Assembly (NCBI GenBank): GCA_030704615.1
Contig: CM060732.1
Coordinates: forward strand, 18,600,001-18,664,000
Source of the DNA: Takakia lepidozioides
Taxonomy: Eukaryota; Plantae; Bryophyta
DNA: 64,000 bases
Reading direction: 5' to 3'
Shown: positions 14,385-28,355 of the stretch, piece by piece
How the letters are laid out: each line of letters starts with the position of its first letter
How positions within the stretch are numbered: the stretch's first letter is position 1
Position numbers and translations under genes: made by a program
Notes under the pieces: model-generated
Seen by the model: only the letters and a program-made list of their open reading frames with translations
Databases searched by the model: none
Told to the model about the DNA's origin: nothing

Positions 14385-15810
14385 CACAGATCAAGCCTCT
14401 CACAACCTCCCCGCCCCCTCCCCACACAAAGATCCACCCCAAAGCCGATCAATCACCCCCTTCCTTCAGCACACCGCCACCAGATCTTCGCGGCTTCCCA
14501 AGGCGCCACCGGCCATCGAACTCCTAACCTCCCTAACCTCTCCCGCACATCCACCACCAGCCCCTCCAAGAAACGGGCCTCCAACACCCCAAGATCGGGA
14601 TCGCAACCCTCCTCCTCCCCCCCGCCACAGATCGCACCAAAGCACCACCAATCCACCCCGATCGATCTCTCGCCCTCCCGATCCACAACAGTCCTGCTCC
14701 ACGCTCCACAGCCGCCGCGCTGAGGCGCGCACGCAAGCGATGGATCGCGACAAAGAAAAGAGAAGCCCGCTTGCGCGTGACGGCCAAACCCTCGCTCCCT
14801 CCCCCGCCCGCACCCGCCTCCCCTTCCACGGCTGCGATGCGCCCGACCCCATCCGACGGCGCTTCACCCATCACGCCCCATGGCCATGCATGTGCCCCGC
14901 CATGTGCTGCGCCTGTCACTACACTCGTCCACATCCATCCAATGCCATCCCTGGCGTCGAATATCGTCCAATTCCAAGCCGTACTCATCCACGAGGATGC
15001 CCGACAGCACCTAACCATAGGCGCATCAATGTCCAACCATCCGAGTAAATGCGGGGGTCTGTACACGTACGGTTGGTGTCTCGACCGCGCGGCGCGCCTT
15101 CTCTAGACTTGTTATGAACCGCGGGCCGGCCTGAACAGACTGCGCGGTCGTAAACGGCGGGCGGCCCATGCCGGGGAAGGGTGGGCGCCAGCTGGTGTGG
15201 GCCCCGTAACCGTGGCGGTTACGGTCGAGTCGCGGTCAGCTCAACTTTTTAACCCCCACCTTTTTCCAGCTTTTTATATTTCATCCAAAGTTTCAATGGA
15301 CTGAGAATACCGTAGTCGAAAGTCACAACTTGGGAAACTATTTCGAACATTTAATAATACTATAGGAATAAATTTGGCTGATGGCGCCGCATTGATGGAG
15401 CCATGGAAGCCATGATGAGATGGTATTGTATTTATGATCGAGAACATAAATATCATGCCTCATCGGATGGATGAGGTATGATGGCGTGGCATTGATGGCA
15501 GGTAGATGATATCTGGGCTGGGTCAAGCCGCAGTCATTCGACCACTTAGGATCTGCCACGTTTTCGGTGATGCAATTTTCTGCCACGTCAGAGTATCCAA
15601 TGTTACTGAACCTCACCTTATTAACCCTAGCTGGGCGTGCCGATGGATGAGCGCCGATGTTCCGTCTTCCATCAGAGGCTTTATTCATCCAAAGGAATAT
15701 CCATGACTCCCTTTAGGTTTGGGAGCCACCTACATTTCCTCGTCTCTCTCATCGCTTGCTGCCAAATTATAGAAGGCTGCTTTGCTGTTACGGATCTCTA
15801 GCGCGCCGCG

Positions 15811-16236
15811 ATGAGGGCCAAGGTTTGCATCCCCGCTCCCTCCCCCTTGTTGTTTTCTCCTGGCTTGCAGGTCTGTTTGATGTCAGTAGAATCTACACTG
15901 TCTCTACTTACATGGGTTTTGTTGATTCGCGATTACGAACAGTCGCAGGATGTGAAGCGGGGGTTTGTTGTGCCTGGTGGGATTTGAATGAAAGGTCTTG
16001 GAGCGGTAGATTTCTTTGTCTAACCAGCCTGTAAGGTGCTAAGATGTGTCAAGGATCCCCTTGCTGTTTCACGCTAGTGCGCGTTGTAAGTAATCCCTCA
16101 AGGCAAAAAATAAGGCTGAAAGCAGAGGAAAAGCTCTGAGTTGGCCGGGGTATTTTTGGCTGGAATGCAGTGGAAGAAAAAACGTATGAGGCGGTTGAAG
16201 CGCAAGCGCAGGAAGATGAGGCAAAGATCTAAATAA
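15811..16236 (+). CDS. RPL41: Ribosomal protein L41 (eL41/eS32), 25 aa, 2 exons
   Basis: Exon 15811-15822 (MRAK), GT-AG intron, exon 16171-16236 (WKKKRMRRLKRKRRKMRQRSK*). Together these give the canonical plant L41 sequence. Confidence 0.97.
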
Positions 16237-17491
16237 GCGAGCGTGCGGTGTTTTGCTGTTTCTTGGAACCTGTTCGATGCGAGAGGTGCCTTGGCGATCA
16301 TTTAGTGAGTTCTTCAGTAAGAACTGCAAAAAAATGGTTGGGGATATTGTGTTGTGCTTGGCAGCCTGAACTGTTTCATCAATATTTGCAGACTGTTCTC
16401 TCGATCTTGGAGGTTATTCTGACTCACTGATAGAGTATACCGTCAAGCAAAACACAATGACAGGTTTAGGATAAGGTTTACAAACCTCCGGCGAAGTTGC
16501 TCCGATAGCACTTCTAGCTTTGTTGGGCTTCTGCCCAGTTCTGCAGCAGTGTATAACTTGGGGCATAAACTGGCTACTGCTGGCCAACCCAGAAAGCTTT
16601 GTTCCATTTCTTGCATCAGGACACGAGGAAAAATGACTCCGCAGATGTTGGAGTTTTTGAGTTTTGGTGGTATGTTAGTCACATGCTCATCTTTGTAGAA
16701 ATCAACCTCCAACAATGCGTATCCAGATTGTTTTGTACCAACCAAAGCTGTGTCAAATGAAATTCAGAAATTAGGGTTTGTTTGGTACAACTTCACTCTA
16801 ATGAATGGTATACCATATGGACGAGGTACAATCATCATAGAATGTAGACCGACTAATATCAAGATCTACATCATAAATACTTAAGCATCATGGCACTAAA
16901 CAGCTTAGTTTCACTAGGATCCATCACATAAACATTTTTAATGACTTGGAACATGCTGCTGCAATGTATGGTGATCCCTTTTAATATAACATGCACATGG
17001 CCCAAGGAGACCACAGCTCATTGGGAAGTGGGCCGGTTCTTCCTCAAGGAAGATACAATTGATCTGTGATTGACAGTACAAATACAAATTTCACTGCCTA
17101 TCAACTCAGGCTACCCTTATTAAGTCACTTGCCACTAATTAAGTACAGCAGGACCTATTCCAAGATTTGCAAGTCTTGTGCATTTGAAGGGACCCCCAAA
17201 CTTCGTTCCACTGTCATTATACACGAAGATCAAGAGGCTAGAAGTCCATGGTGGCATCCAAATTTTGTGACAAAAGAAAATGAAGAGTTAGAGAGAGGAG
17301 TTCCCTCTGGTAGTATGGTGATGCAAGTCTCCTGGAGATAATGAGTGCCTGCTCATTTTACTCTGGTTGCACAAAATGACAGTCTCTGTATCTATGTATC
17401 ACCCATAGAAATTCATGATATTGGTGGGTGTAAAGAGAAGTGTTTTGGTCTTCCCAAAGGCTCCTTCGGAGTGTACAAGGAAATAAAGTCA

Positions 17492-18368
17492 TCAACTCCG
17501 ATCTGACGTTGTGGAGGGTTTCAAGGGGCTAAACGCACCTGCAGCCAATAGCAAGTTCCTCCTTGAAAACTGCAACCACACATTCCACTAGTCAACACAA
17601 CCCTCAGGACTGTTCAGACTGCTAACCAAAGGTGGTCTTAGAACCAACCACAGCAGTTACGCAAGGAAAGTGGTCCATATTCCCTCACTCACATCCACAC
17701 CAACAATGATGAGCCTTCTCAAATTGCAAAACTGAGAATTTTGGGTGACAGTCATACCTTCAGGGAGTAAACTGGAGTTGATTTGGTGGGAAGTGTTTTC
17801 AATAGCCGTAAACGCCTGGTCCCGCCAGTTCTACACACACCCAAGCATCCATCATAGATGCTCAAAATTTCTACAACCCTTGAACCTTTAAAACTTATTC
17901 GTGAAAACAGTCTTTAGAGCAGAACTGAACAATTGACTCCTAAATCAACATTTACTTTAGCAACCAAAAAACGTAATCTCCCAACATAGATTAACCATAA
18001 GAGGGTCACCAGGCCACATCCTAACCCTCGCCAAACCGGTTGTCACGGTCAGTCCGGCAGCTTACAACAGTATTTCCTTAGTATAAACAATTGGTTTAGG
18101 CTTTCTAGGTCGTGTGACTTAACATGATAAAGACAATTAGTTCGGATTTTCCAGATATCCTCTGAAATGCCCTTACAAGCATCAACTGGCTGTGTGAGAG
18201 CTGCCCAGCAACTAGACCCCAACAGGGCCAGGGCTTTAGGCTCAGCCTTAAGATTTTCAAAGGGTGTGAATACAGTTGCGGGAACAATGATCTTGATGGT
18301 CAGTCTCCGGTGAGAATATCCCAGACAAAAGATATTGTCTTTCTGAGTTTAAATTTCAGTCTAGTGCC

Positions 18369-18424
<56 letters not shown>

Positions 18425-21400
18425 ATATACTTGTCTTCTTTGCGGGAAGCCTTACAACTGGCATTGACATCCCACAATCGAACTGTGTTATCTGCAGAGC
18501 CCGAAGCCAGCAGTGACCCCTCCCCACTGCAAACATCACCAATGTCACCAAACTTGGCTGCCTCAGAAACATGCCGTGTCCCAAGCGCATCTTTACATGT
18601 CATCCTAGTCCTCACATAACTTTATACCCTCCTTTTAAGGGTAGCCCGCAGTACCAAGCTTACAGTCTCTCTCTCTCTCACTAGGCTCCCAAGCATGTAA
18701 GGCGGTTGGGAAGACATGCACACAAACTCAAGGGAAGAAGGCCAGACACTGACAGGCACGATCAACTGGCCTCCATCATTACTTTAACCTTTCAAACCCC
18801 CCACTATACCTGAAGGCAAGCGTCCAAACACAGCCAGTATGGCCCAGCAGTGGTGTGACACAGCGACCGGACCCTAGGTCCCACATCAGGATGGCACCAT
18901 CCTCATCCCCTGAGGCCATGTAGCGGCCATCACTGGACATGGCCAGTGCCAGCACCATGCCACGATGCCCTGTGAATATGCGCATGCATTCTCCTGTTTG
19001 CACGTCCCACAGTCGCACAGTCTTGTCACTGCTGCCTGTTGCTATATAGTTGCAGTTGACGTGCCACTGGACACACTAATAACCCACCACCACATAGTTT
19101 TTCAGTTCTATGCATGTACCATGAATCAAGAGCATTTCAAGCATTCGGACAGGTTGAAAGTGCATAAATGACAAACATAACAATGACACTTCTGTTCACA
19201 TTGTGGAACACCAACACAATGCAGCAATTGACCATCACTCAACCCCTTCTGCGTCTTGCGCTTCTCATGACAATAGGTACCATTGCAGATATGTGGGCCC
19301 CAGTTCGAAAACTCGGCCGTGTTGCTAGCACCACTGGATTCACAGTCCATCTCTCCATGTGCACATTACGTTACACCAATTTTAGCTTTGCCCACTCCTT
19401 TTGAAGGTGACATAGATGGCAGATGGCAGATAGTTGGCTGATATTGGGAAACACGAGTATTCTTACAGAAGTTCCGAATCATCTCTGTTAGGCCCATGTT
19501 TTCGCAACTCGTCTGCACAATCCTAATATGGAAATGGGAAGGCAAGAAAAAGACTAAAAGGTGCATACATCAACATCCGAGAGATGACCGGCCAGGATGC
19601 GCAGTGGCTGCAGCCGCTCCATACACCAGATGCGTGCTGTTCGGTCATGTGATGCACTTGCAAAGTAGTGGCCCACTGGACTATACTGCAACCACCACTT
19701 CACCAGTGAGCGAACCAAAGAGAGCGAGATCCCATATCAGCAATCTCTCTGCTCAACAAAACTGGCAACCCTTTTTTATGCATCACACCATGACAGTCCG
19801 ACCTAAGGGCTCCGGAGCGCTTGGTCTAATTTGTTGAGGAAGTTTATCTCCTGAGTAGCCTCCTGACCGTATCTCAGTAGATTTTCAAATACAAGATACA
19901 GAATAGAACTTTTAGCTTGTGGAGAAACTTTTCAAACAGAGAGTTGCTGGAGGCAGTGCTTGGCTTTGTGAGAATGTAGCCTGAGGGTTTGCAAGAGGAT
20001 GGAAAGCTCACAGCAACTCTGATAGAATCGTTTCTAAAAATAAAAGCGTGATTAAAACCTGAAGTACCTGTACATCCCAGACAGGATAATTGTGTCCTTT
20101 GTAGCACACCAAATTTGCATTTAGTTTCATGCTCCATAGCCGCACTGCACCCACACCCCCAAAATTGAAACATAGAACACCTCCAATCTTCTGAACCGAA
20201 CCGCTAGAACAAGCAGTAGCTAACAACTCCTTCACAAATCCGAAGGCCCTGCAATGCCCCTTTGGCCCTGGAAAAGCGGGTTGCAGCACTAGGGCTACAT
20301 TGCTGATTAGGTGAGTAGTATGGATAGCAAGTGGCAGTAAACACACTAGTGACGGACGGACACCAATGGACACAAATTAGGAGGCTTGTATTCCATTATG
20401 CTCTTCCAGAACGAGCATAATGCAGGACTGACATTCCAGTAACCATGTTTGAACTGAGAAAGCTCATTGGATAGAATGAATAAGCAATCTGAATTCTGCT
20501 CACTGCATAGTGCTTGAGAGTAACAGACCAGCAGACAGGGAGAGAATTGTACTCATGTGAGAACTGTACTCATGAGAGAGACACAGAGATGCAGACAGAG
20601 ATCAGTTAGTCAAAAGAAATTTATGCACCTGTGCAATCTGCTGATGATGAAAGTAGAAAGTTGCTGTCTGGACTGAAGTTGGCTGCATACACAGGGCCTG
20701 CATGGCCTTGCAGGAGGGTATATGATGACCTTGTATTCTCTAGAGCTACTCCTTGTGGCTCCATGACACCATTGCCCATTGCTCCATGAATTGTGCCTGA
20801 GTGAAGCATATTGGCTGCTGTTATAAATTTGAAACTACACCAGTCTGATGGCAACCAAGAAACAAGCAGATTGGCATATCTAGCAGCAACAGGGACTAGA
20901 TCACACGTTCAAAAAAAATTGTAGTACAAATTCCAAGCAAATCTTACTCAGAAGACATGAATAATTCACCACTGACAGGAGACATCGAGTAGCCCTAGGG
21001 ACAATACACGAGAAGACCAGAAAATGCGAATAAGTGCGTACCATTATCTGCGGATGAAATCCGATCGCCAATCTTCGCCATATCCCATACCTGTCATGCC
21101 ACTATTGTCACAAAACAAAGACTGCAACTTCTTGGCAGACAGGTACAAATCTGGCACCAGGAAACCATAAACCGAAGCATACTTGGCCTATTACAGACAA
21201 GTTCACATCATAATGTTCAATGCTCTCTCGACATTAGGTGTTGGATTCAGGGAACCTCGTGCATGGATAGAAGACCATTTACACTTCTTCTAACCTCAAC
21301 CCTTTACTGTGACCACTTGGACCTCCAAAAAACCTGCTTCCCTTCTTTGTGTCAGTGCCTCAGACAGACTTGTAGTAAGAGTTTATGTAAAAGGTCCTCA

Positions 21401-24400
21401 CATCTCCCTCTTTCCGTGCTCACGAGAAATGGCATACAATGAGAAAGAGACCGGACCTTGAGAGATGAGTCAGAAAAGCCTCCAACAACCAGAGCACCAT
21501 CCGCAGATATTGATGCGCAGTTCAAACTGCCAGTTATGCCGCCACATGCCCAATCAAAACTTGCAAAAAAGTCACAAGTATTGTGAGATTTTACTTGAAC
21601 CGCTCAGAAACTGAAGTGAGTCACTAATCTAACTAAAAAAATGTGTGAGAAACCAGAAGATGTCCATGAAGTAACAGTTGCCATCAGCTCAAACTGCTAG
21701 AAAACCCAGCCAGCAGAATGTCCCTTGGATGGTTTCATGCATTTATTACAGAGGTTGCTCATTCACCGTGCCAGATGAACACCGTAAAAGTCACATTTGG
21801 TAGAGTTCCCAGGCCACACTGGCCAGTCCCTGGCCTCATTGTGGAGTTTCAACTACCAAGATTGTGCAATTCAAGCCCACCTGCCAAGCCCTTGTGTATG
21901 CCTGACAGCAGCAGTGCGCCGAATCAGCAAGATCCTCTCTGGTATGAGACTGCCACCTCGTGTTTAGTGGTAGTAACCCACCCGGTGGATATGGGACTCA
22001 ACCCAAAATTGCCATGGTGATTAATCACGGCCAGCAACAGTGAAGATAATGCACGGGAATTGACGTCATACTACAAAAGCACGATATTGATCCTGGCACT
22101 GCAGCTCTCACCATAGATGGAGAGAGAGATGAGGCTATGAAGCAACAAGTGGTAAAAAATAGTGAGCATCACCTATGGTGCGTATTGATGAAGCTGTAGA
22201 AGCTGACAGATGGCAGTGCAGTGCTGCCCAAACGAGCCCTGTTCCGCAGATCCTCCAACACCTGCCGCTCCGTTTCTTCTGCCCTGTGCAGTATTTATGA
22301 CACACAAGGCATTACAACCTTTCAGAGCTTCTGGCCTTCCTCGCCTAATATATCTGATGGACTTAGCAGAAAAATAGCATCTTTGTAGTCACCAGTGTAT
22401 TGAACATAATTTGGGGCACAAATGTTGCCATAGTGTTGGGATCCTACTTGTTGAGCTATTTCTACTGCTGGTACGTGATATGAGGTGAAAGGACCACTTG
22501 GCTGTATGCACAGCCCTGAGCAGAGCATGAAATACCCTAGAATGCAACTAAAATACGAACTCCTTGCAAGGGACTCTTTCGTACAACAGATCTAACAAAT
22601 GTATGAGAAAATTTTCCAACTCTTCCTACACATCTTGGCCAGAAACATTGACAAACAGACAGTCCACAATCCAACAGTCAAGAAAAGGAGCATAGAGCAC
22701 ATACAGGGAAGGCATAGGGAGCTCAGATTTTACACGTGGAACCTGCACTGCCGCAGCCCCTTCCACCTTGGCACCCTTGCCAGGGCCAGCAGTGCCGGCT
22801 TTGTCTTTCTTGGCCTTTTTGGTGTTGGCTCCTCCCTTCCCTCCCTCTGCAGCCCTCTTCTGCCCAACTCAACAATTAAACCTCCTGCCTCACCTTTGAC
22901 ACCAAGCTTAGATATATCTGAATCTTGATTCACACTCAGCCCTGCCCCTCTTCTTTTGCAGAATTGTAGTCCCCTCCCTTTGTGCATGCTTTTCTGGAGA
23001 TTTACTTACTCTTAGGGGAAAGTGAGTATGCGATCAAGACTAGAGATGGGTGTATCTGAACTGGCTGCTAGCAGTACCACTGGGTGCACTGTAGAGAATA
23101 TATATAAACCCAAGATTATAATTTGTTTTGTTTAAGTGTTGTCCTATACCTGGCTTGATAAGCAACCAAAAAAAACCATGATAATTAATCTTTGAATACT
23201 TCTGAACCCTGTATTTGGTACCATGCAAGTTAACAATTGCTAGAAAATTGACAGAGTCAAAAGGGCCTAAGGGGGGCATTGTGTTGCAGGACAAACTCAC
23301 TTTGGCATCATCACCATCACCTTCCTTGCCATCAGCCTCCACCTTCTCAGCCTCTGCTGCCAACTCCTTCTCCAGCTTATCTTCCAGTGAATCCTCTAGA
23401 GCCTGCCAGTCCCAATATGGGCAGTAATATCTTTTACTTGTTTACTGCTTTGCTGATGCCACCAAAAAGCTCATACCAAACCATTTCCAAACAGTTCACA
23501 GACGACATATAGGGTGGCAATATGTTTGAAAATTATTTTGTTGCTGCACTCCTTCAAAATCATCTTCAAAGTCGTAATTTGACCTTCAGAGCTAACACTA
23601 AAACCTACAAGTAGGGTTGATTTGTTTGGCACATATACGCCAAAGAATAAATCAAAATGCTCACCAGGAAAACATGCTCTCCATGATGGCTAAGGCAACA
23701 TACTTGCAACACAGAAGAAACCTGATGTGGGAAATTGAGACTACTGTGCATTCTAAGTACTAGGTGGCCTAGAACATACGAGTCCACAAATGCCACCTAC
23801 ATCCTCAGTAAAGTTCAGTGCCTCAGAAAATACAGTTGATACATAATCTTGCCCTCTAATTGCAGACTGTCTCATGAAGCACAATATGACTCTCTTTGTA
23901 CAGCACCTGCTGCAGTGTCCCTTTTTGGTCCAAAAGCCATGGTGATCCTTCCATAGAGAAGATACAAATACAACCTCAGTGTGAGAAATACTGAGAGACC
24001 CGCCACCAGTGGGAACCTACCCCCCAGCGAATCTCCTTTTGATTCATGTAGTCAAGTGCTTCTTGTGCTTTACCAGTCAGCGTGACTGCCTCTTCTTCAT
24101 TAGGTAGTGGCGAGGGTTGACCAGGGAACACTGCCACCACCCCCAACGCCTACATCTAGTCACACCCACTGTTTGATAGATGATATCGGCAAACCAAAAG
24201 CAATGTAGCAAAGCTGAAACATGAAATGCCACCACAGTAAACCTTCCACGCCACATAGATCTAACAAACACTAATTCAACCCAAAACCGTGTGAAATGTG
24301 GATGCCAAAAACAGCCCTAAACAAGAATGGAATATTCCCAGACCAGTACTCCACTGCAAGGTCAAAATACCCTAGTGGCTTTTAATAGAAGTGATTAAGG

Positions 24401-27193
24401 CTTACACAAACCCCAGGAAAGTTTGTCTGTCACGCAAGTAGGGCGAACATGAACTACACAAATACCTTGTTATAGGTTAAGAGGCAGAGATGTGTCACCT
24501 TGAAGATTGATATGTTCATTGACGATGCTGAGCATGAGCATAGAGTCAGTGCCATGCAGGTATTGTAAGAGCAACTCAAAGGAATACTGCATCCAGAACA
24601 AGCCCAGGCCATTCAGAACATTACAATCCACACTCCTTGGTGCAAGCTTGGCCTAGAAAACCATTCGCAAGAAAGAACATGCCTAATTTGCTTGATACAT
24701 GCAATCTCACTGTGCCTGTTTCCTTCTTGGGGTCACCAACAATAAAACCAAGTAAGCAAAACAATAGAGATCAGTTCCCAATGACAAGTTTTACAAGTGG
24801 CTGATTTCAATGTTTGTATCCAGGCATAAAAGAAACCCCTCAGGACACACCAATTGCAGACACCGAGAAAGAACTGAGTAGAAAGAAAACCTTACATTTC
24901 AGACAATGACTGGTTTCTCTCAAGAGTAATAAGCCTGCGAAACAATAGCAGCATGATAGCAGGTTTAGAAAGAAAATAAGCTCAATGGTCTACATACCTG
25001 ACACATTCTTATGTTTATCTTATTCTCTCTGAAAGTGCATGCTAGCTCCGTCTCCTGTACCACCCACCAATCAACTATCACAATACTTTGGAACAAACAC
25101 TCGCAATCGTCCACAATCCCAGACACCGCATAGACAAGGTGGACTCAACTACTCATCCCTAAGTCTTCTTGACGGTTTCTACTTCAAGACACAAAATGAC
25201 ATCCCCACATACCTCAACAGTCATGTACACATTAATAGTTTATGCAACTCAGACCATTATCCCGTTTCAGTAACCATCCCACCATCCCTCATCCCCTTTA
25301 GACCTATTCCACCCATACATGTCCCACCGCCGCAATCTAGAATCTTATCCCCACTTCCCCACAATAACATAATTCACCTTTCTAAAGCATTTCCAACCAA
25401 CATCCTTACACCTTATGCTACTTGACTCTCCGACATACTCTCCGAAGCAAACCTCGTGCAATCCCCTGACAAAGCCTGGATTGAAGCCGAGACCATACTG
25501 GGAAATGGTAAAAGAAGTGTGGGGAAAGCAGACAGACCTGCAAGTGTTGAGGAGAGAGGACACCCTCCAGCTTCTGCAGATCCCTGAGATGCAATGAGTC
25601 ATGGTCCTCCCTGAAGGTTTGGAAAAACACACGCGCTGCATTGACCAACCAGCCGTAAATGTGAACCAACCAACAATGATTTCATTGAGCCCAATCTATC
25701 CAGTTTTAAGTGCTTTCAGAAAAACCGTTTATGAATGAATAGTGGACAATATTTTGTGCACGAGACAATCAGTCCTTTCTTTCAGCCAGGCACCACAGGC
25801 AATAAAGTGGCTAGCAAACCTTCTTGAGAGAAGCCCTTGGCCACCAGGTCCATGAAGCAGTGGACAAACACTGGATATAGGATTCGCAGCAACTCATTCT
25901 GCATGACACAAACAATGTATCACGAGGATCAGTCTATGGCAATTAGTCACCCCATAAGTAGCATCTTCATCATGGGATAGATCTGAACCGGAACAAATTT
26001 CAAGTGACAACTAGTGCACTCAATATAACCACATCAGCAAGTGACTTTTACAACACCCTGGTTCTGGTTCACATTCACACAGCCTGGCCTCCATATGGGG
26101 TGTACCAGGCACATCTGTGTTGCAGTTTAGTAACTTCATGATTGGATCAACCAGATAATGATAATGGCTTGCAAGAGCCCTAAAGACTTGTAGCAATCCC
26201 AAACCACTGCCTACAAAGTTGCCACTGATTTGGAGCTTATAGAGAGAGTGGAGTCAATTAGAATTTGGAAGACATGCCAGAGGATCCCCCAACATTTTTC
26301 GGTTTGTCCAATAGTAATGCAGATTCGTGATACATTAATGTCCTGGTTCTGCCAGTTTTGAATCCTCACAACATCCTCAAACTATTTGATGGAATGCAGG
26401 TGCCAGAGTCTCTCCACTATGCACATATTGACGAATGCTCTGGACAAACCCAATTAGAGTGGAGGTGTGCCACTTGTCCATTTGAGAGGTTTAACCAAAT
26501 TTCCAGACTCTGCAGCTTCCAGAACCAATCCCCCAAGTTACATCTCCAGCTACCAGCAGCAGCCTTAGGGTTGATACTGTGTAGCTGATCTAAAGCACCA
26601 GTGCAAACAGTAATCAGCAACACTCCAAAAGACCAAAAACTCTGGAGATGCATACCTTGTAGAGATCTAAGGAGGAATGCACCCAGGAGCGGAGTTTGCT
26701 ATAGCCCTCCTTGTACCGTCCCGGGTTATTGTCCGCCCTGCCAGGGCGCAACAGATTTCACAAATACGAACCAACTATCAATGTGCAATAATTAATTAGG
26801 TTTCAGTCCACCCAAAAAAAATCTGTTCGATCCACTTGCACTCATCACCTCGTCGACTACCCTCTGTCTGTTGCATCCGCAAACAGAGCAAATGAGCAAA
26901 TGCAGCAACATATTCACGTCCACACTGTTCACTGCAGGGTTGAGCCACAGCTCACCTTCCCTTTTCCCACACCGGCTGGAAACAGATAACCATAGTCCAT
27001 GGACATACCTTGAATAGAAAAAAATGTGATTAGCAATGGAGGGGTCCATAGGGGACCCGGAAATCCCAGACGCTGGTGTGGAGTTGAGACTCCGATGACT
27101 CTGCTGTTCATCCTGGAACGCGAGCTCCGCCGCCCGATACCCTTTCTTCTTCAAGTATGCCAACACGGCTTTCTCTATTTGCTCCTCTTCCAT
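17492..27193 (-). CDS. TAF5: Transcription initiation factor TFIID subunit 5, many exons
   Basis: ATG 27193 (MEEEQIEKAVLAYLKKKGY). NTD2 segment ELLRILYPVFVHCFMDLVAKG (~25820-25900). WD40 repeats: LQGHAGPVYAANFSPD, YKGHNYPVWDVQ, VRLWDVQTGECMRIFTGHRG. C-terminus FSRRNLLLAAGAFSP..., stop 17492-17494. Confidence 0.95.
17995..18371 (-). mobile_element. Diverged, internally deleted copy of the microsatellite-associated LINE 3' fragment, in a TAF5 intron
   Basis: Shares an identical 29-bp start and recognisable downstream homology (gctgagcc, gaggatatctggaaaa, actaatt, taagtcacac) with 35626-36101. Preceded by (TC)n(AC)n at 18372-18424. Confidence 0.75.
25100..25330 (+). mobile_element. LINE apurinic-like endonuclease C-terminal fragment in a TAF5 intron (antisense to TAF5)
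   Basis: ORF 25039-25425 contains SLLDGFY...NSDHYPVSVTI, matching the APE xDxxY and SDHxP motifs. Confidence 0.6.
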
Positions 27194-27300
27194 CCCAACC
27201 CAACTCACCTCATGCAACAGCAACTACTTTACAGGGTCGGGAGTAGACACAACAAGTGGGCAACGGCAGCACAACGCTGGAGGGAAGAAGACACGAGAAG

Positions 27301-27382
27301 TCCCCTCTTCTTTATACCTTGCAGTCCCCTCTTCTTTATACCTTGCACTCCCCTCTTCTTTATACCTTGCACTCCCCTCTTT
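27301..27382. repeat. 24-bp tandem repeat (~3.4 copies) upstream of the TAF5 start codon
   Basis: Unit tcccctcttctttataccttgca(g/c). Confidence 0.9.
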
Positions 27383-28355
27383 CCCAGTTCCCCACGTTCC
27401 CTTCCCCAACGTACAACCCTCCCCACACGTGCCCCCCCTCACAGTGTTTGTGTTTGCCATGTATAATAACAGCTCTAATAATAAGCAGGGAATGACGAAT
27501 GGCTCTGCCTTCCTTGGTTCCTTCCTTTGGATCCTTTTTCTTTCCTCATGTCATTCTTCGCTCATCATGATGCTGATGATGAGTGCCGCCACAGTTAGTG
27601 GGAGAAGGGTTTGTTTTTGTTTTTGGGAGGTGCCCACTTTCTAAAAACTGCTTCACAGGGACTCACATAGGTATGAGTGGGCCTCACTGCGGGGGAGAAG
27701 AATTCTAAGTAGACTTTTCCTGTAGCCAAGATACTCTCCGATATGTTCCACGCAAACCCACATCCCAAAACTTGACCGACGTTGGGGCAGTGGATGAGTG
27801 AAAAGTAAGTAAAAAGTAGACAAGGAAGATGATGGCGATAGTTAGGAACGTCCACGTGATGAAAGGGTGGCTTATGTGTACCCATACTTTATAAGCTTTT
27901 TCTTTTACGACGAGAGGCTGCGTGGCAGAGATCCATGTAGCGGATGTGTGTCGTCAAACTTGATTTCTTCGCAGCGGTGAATCATTCTTGCGGGGAGTGT
28001 AGTTTGGCTGGACCGTGATGCGAGAGTGATGGCATGAGGGGGGACATGCGCAGGACCCATCCGGAGTTTTTAGCTTTTACTTACTGACCTCGGGAGTAGG
28101 AGCGGATAGTCAAGGCCTGCCTGCGCACAAGAGAATGGTCGTTCGTGTATTCTCTTACCTGCTGCGCCCGCGAGGCTATCCTTTGGTGAACAAGGACCTG
28201 TCACCTCACCCCCTGACTGGATCCTTGCCACTGTGTCGACCATGATCTTGCACGCGCGCGCACGGCTCTGGCCTGGGATGGCCGTAAAGCAAGTTTCTTT
28301 GGAGTTCTAGGGCAACCCACAACACGCGTCCGGCGGATTGTCGACTGCAGGGAGG

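Noticed and set aside
12690-15106. Long + strand and alternative-frame ORFs over the RRM gene and its GC-rich leader
   Set aside because: These are shadow ORFs of Gly-rich coding and GC-rich sequence.
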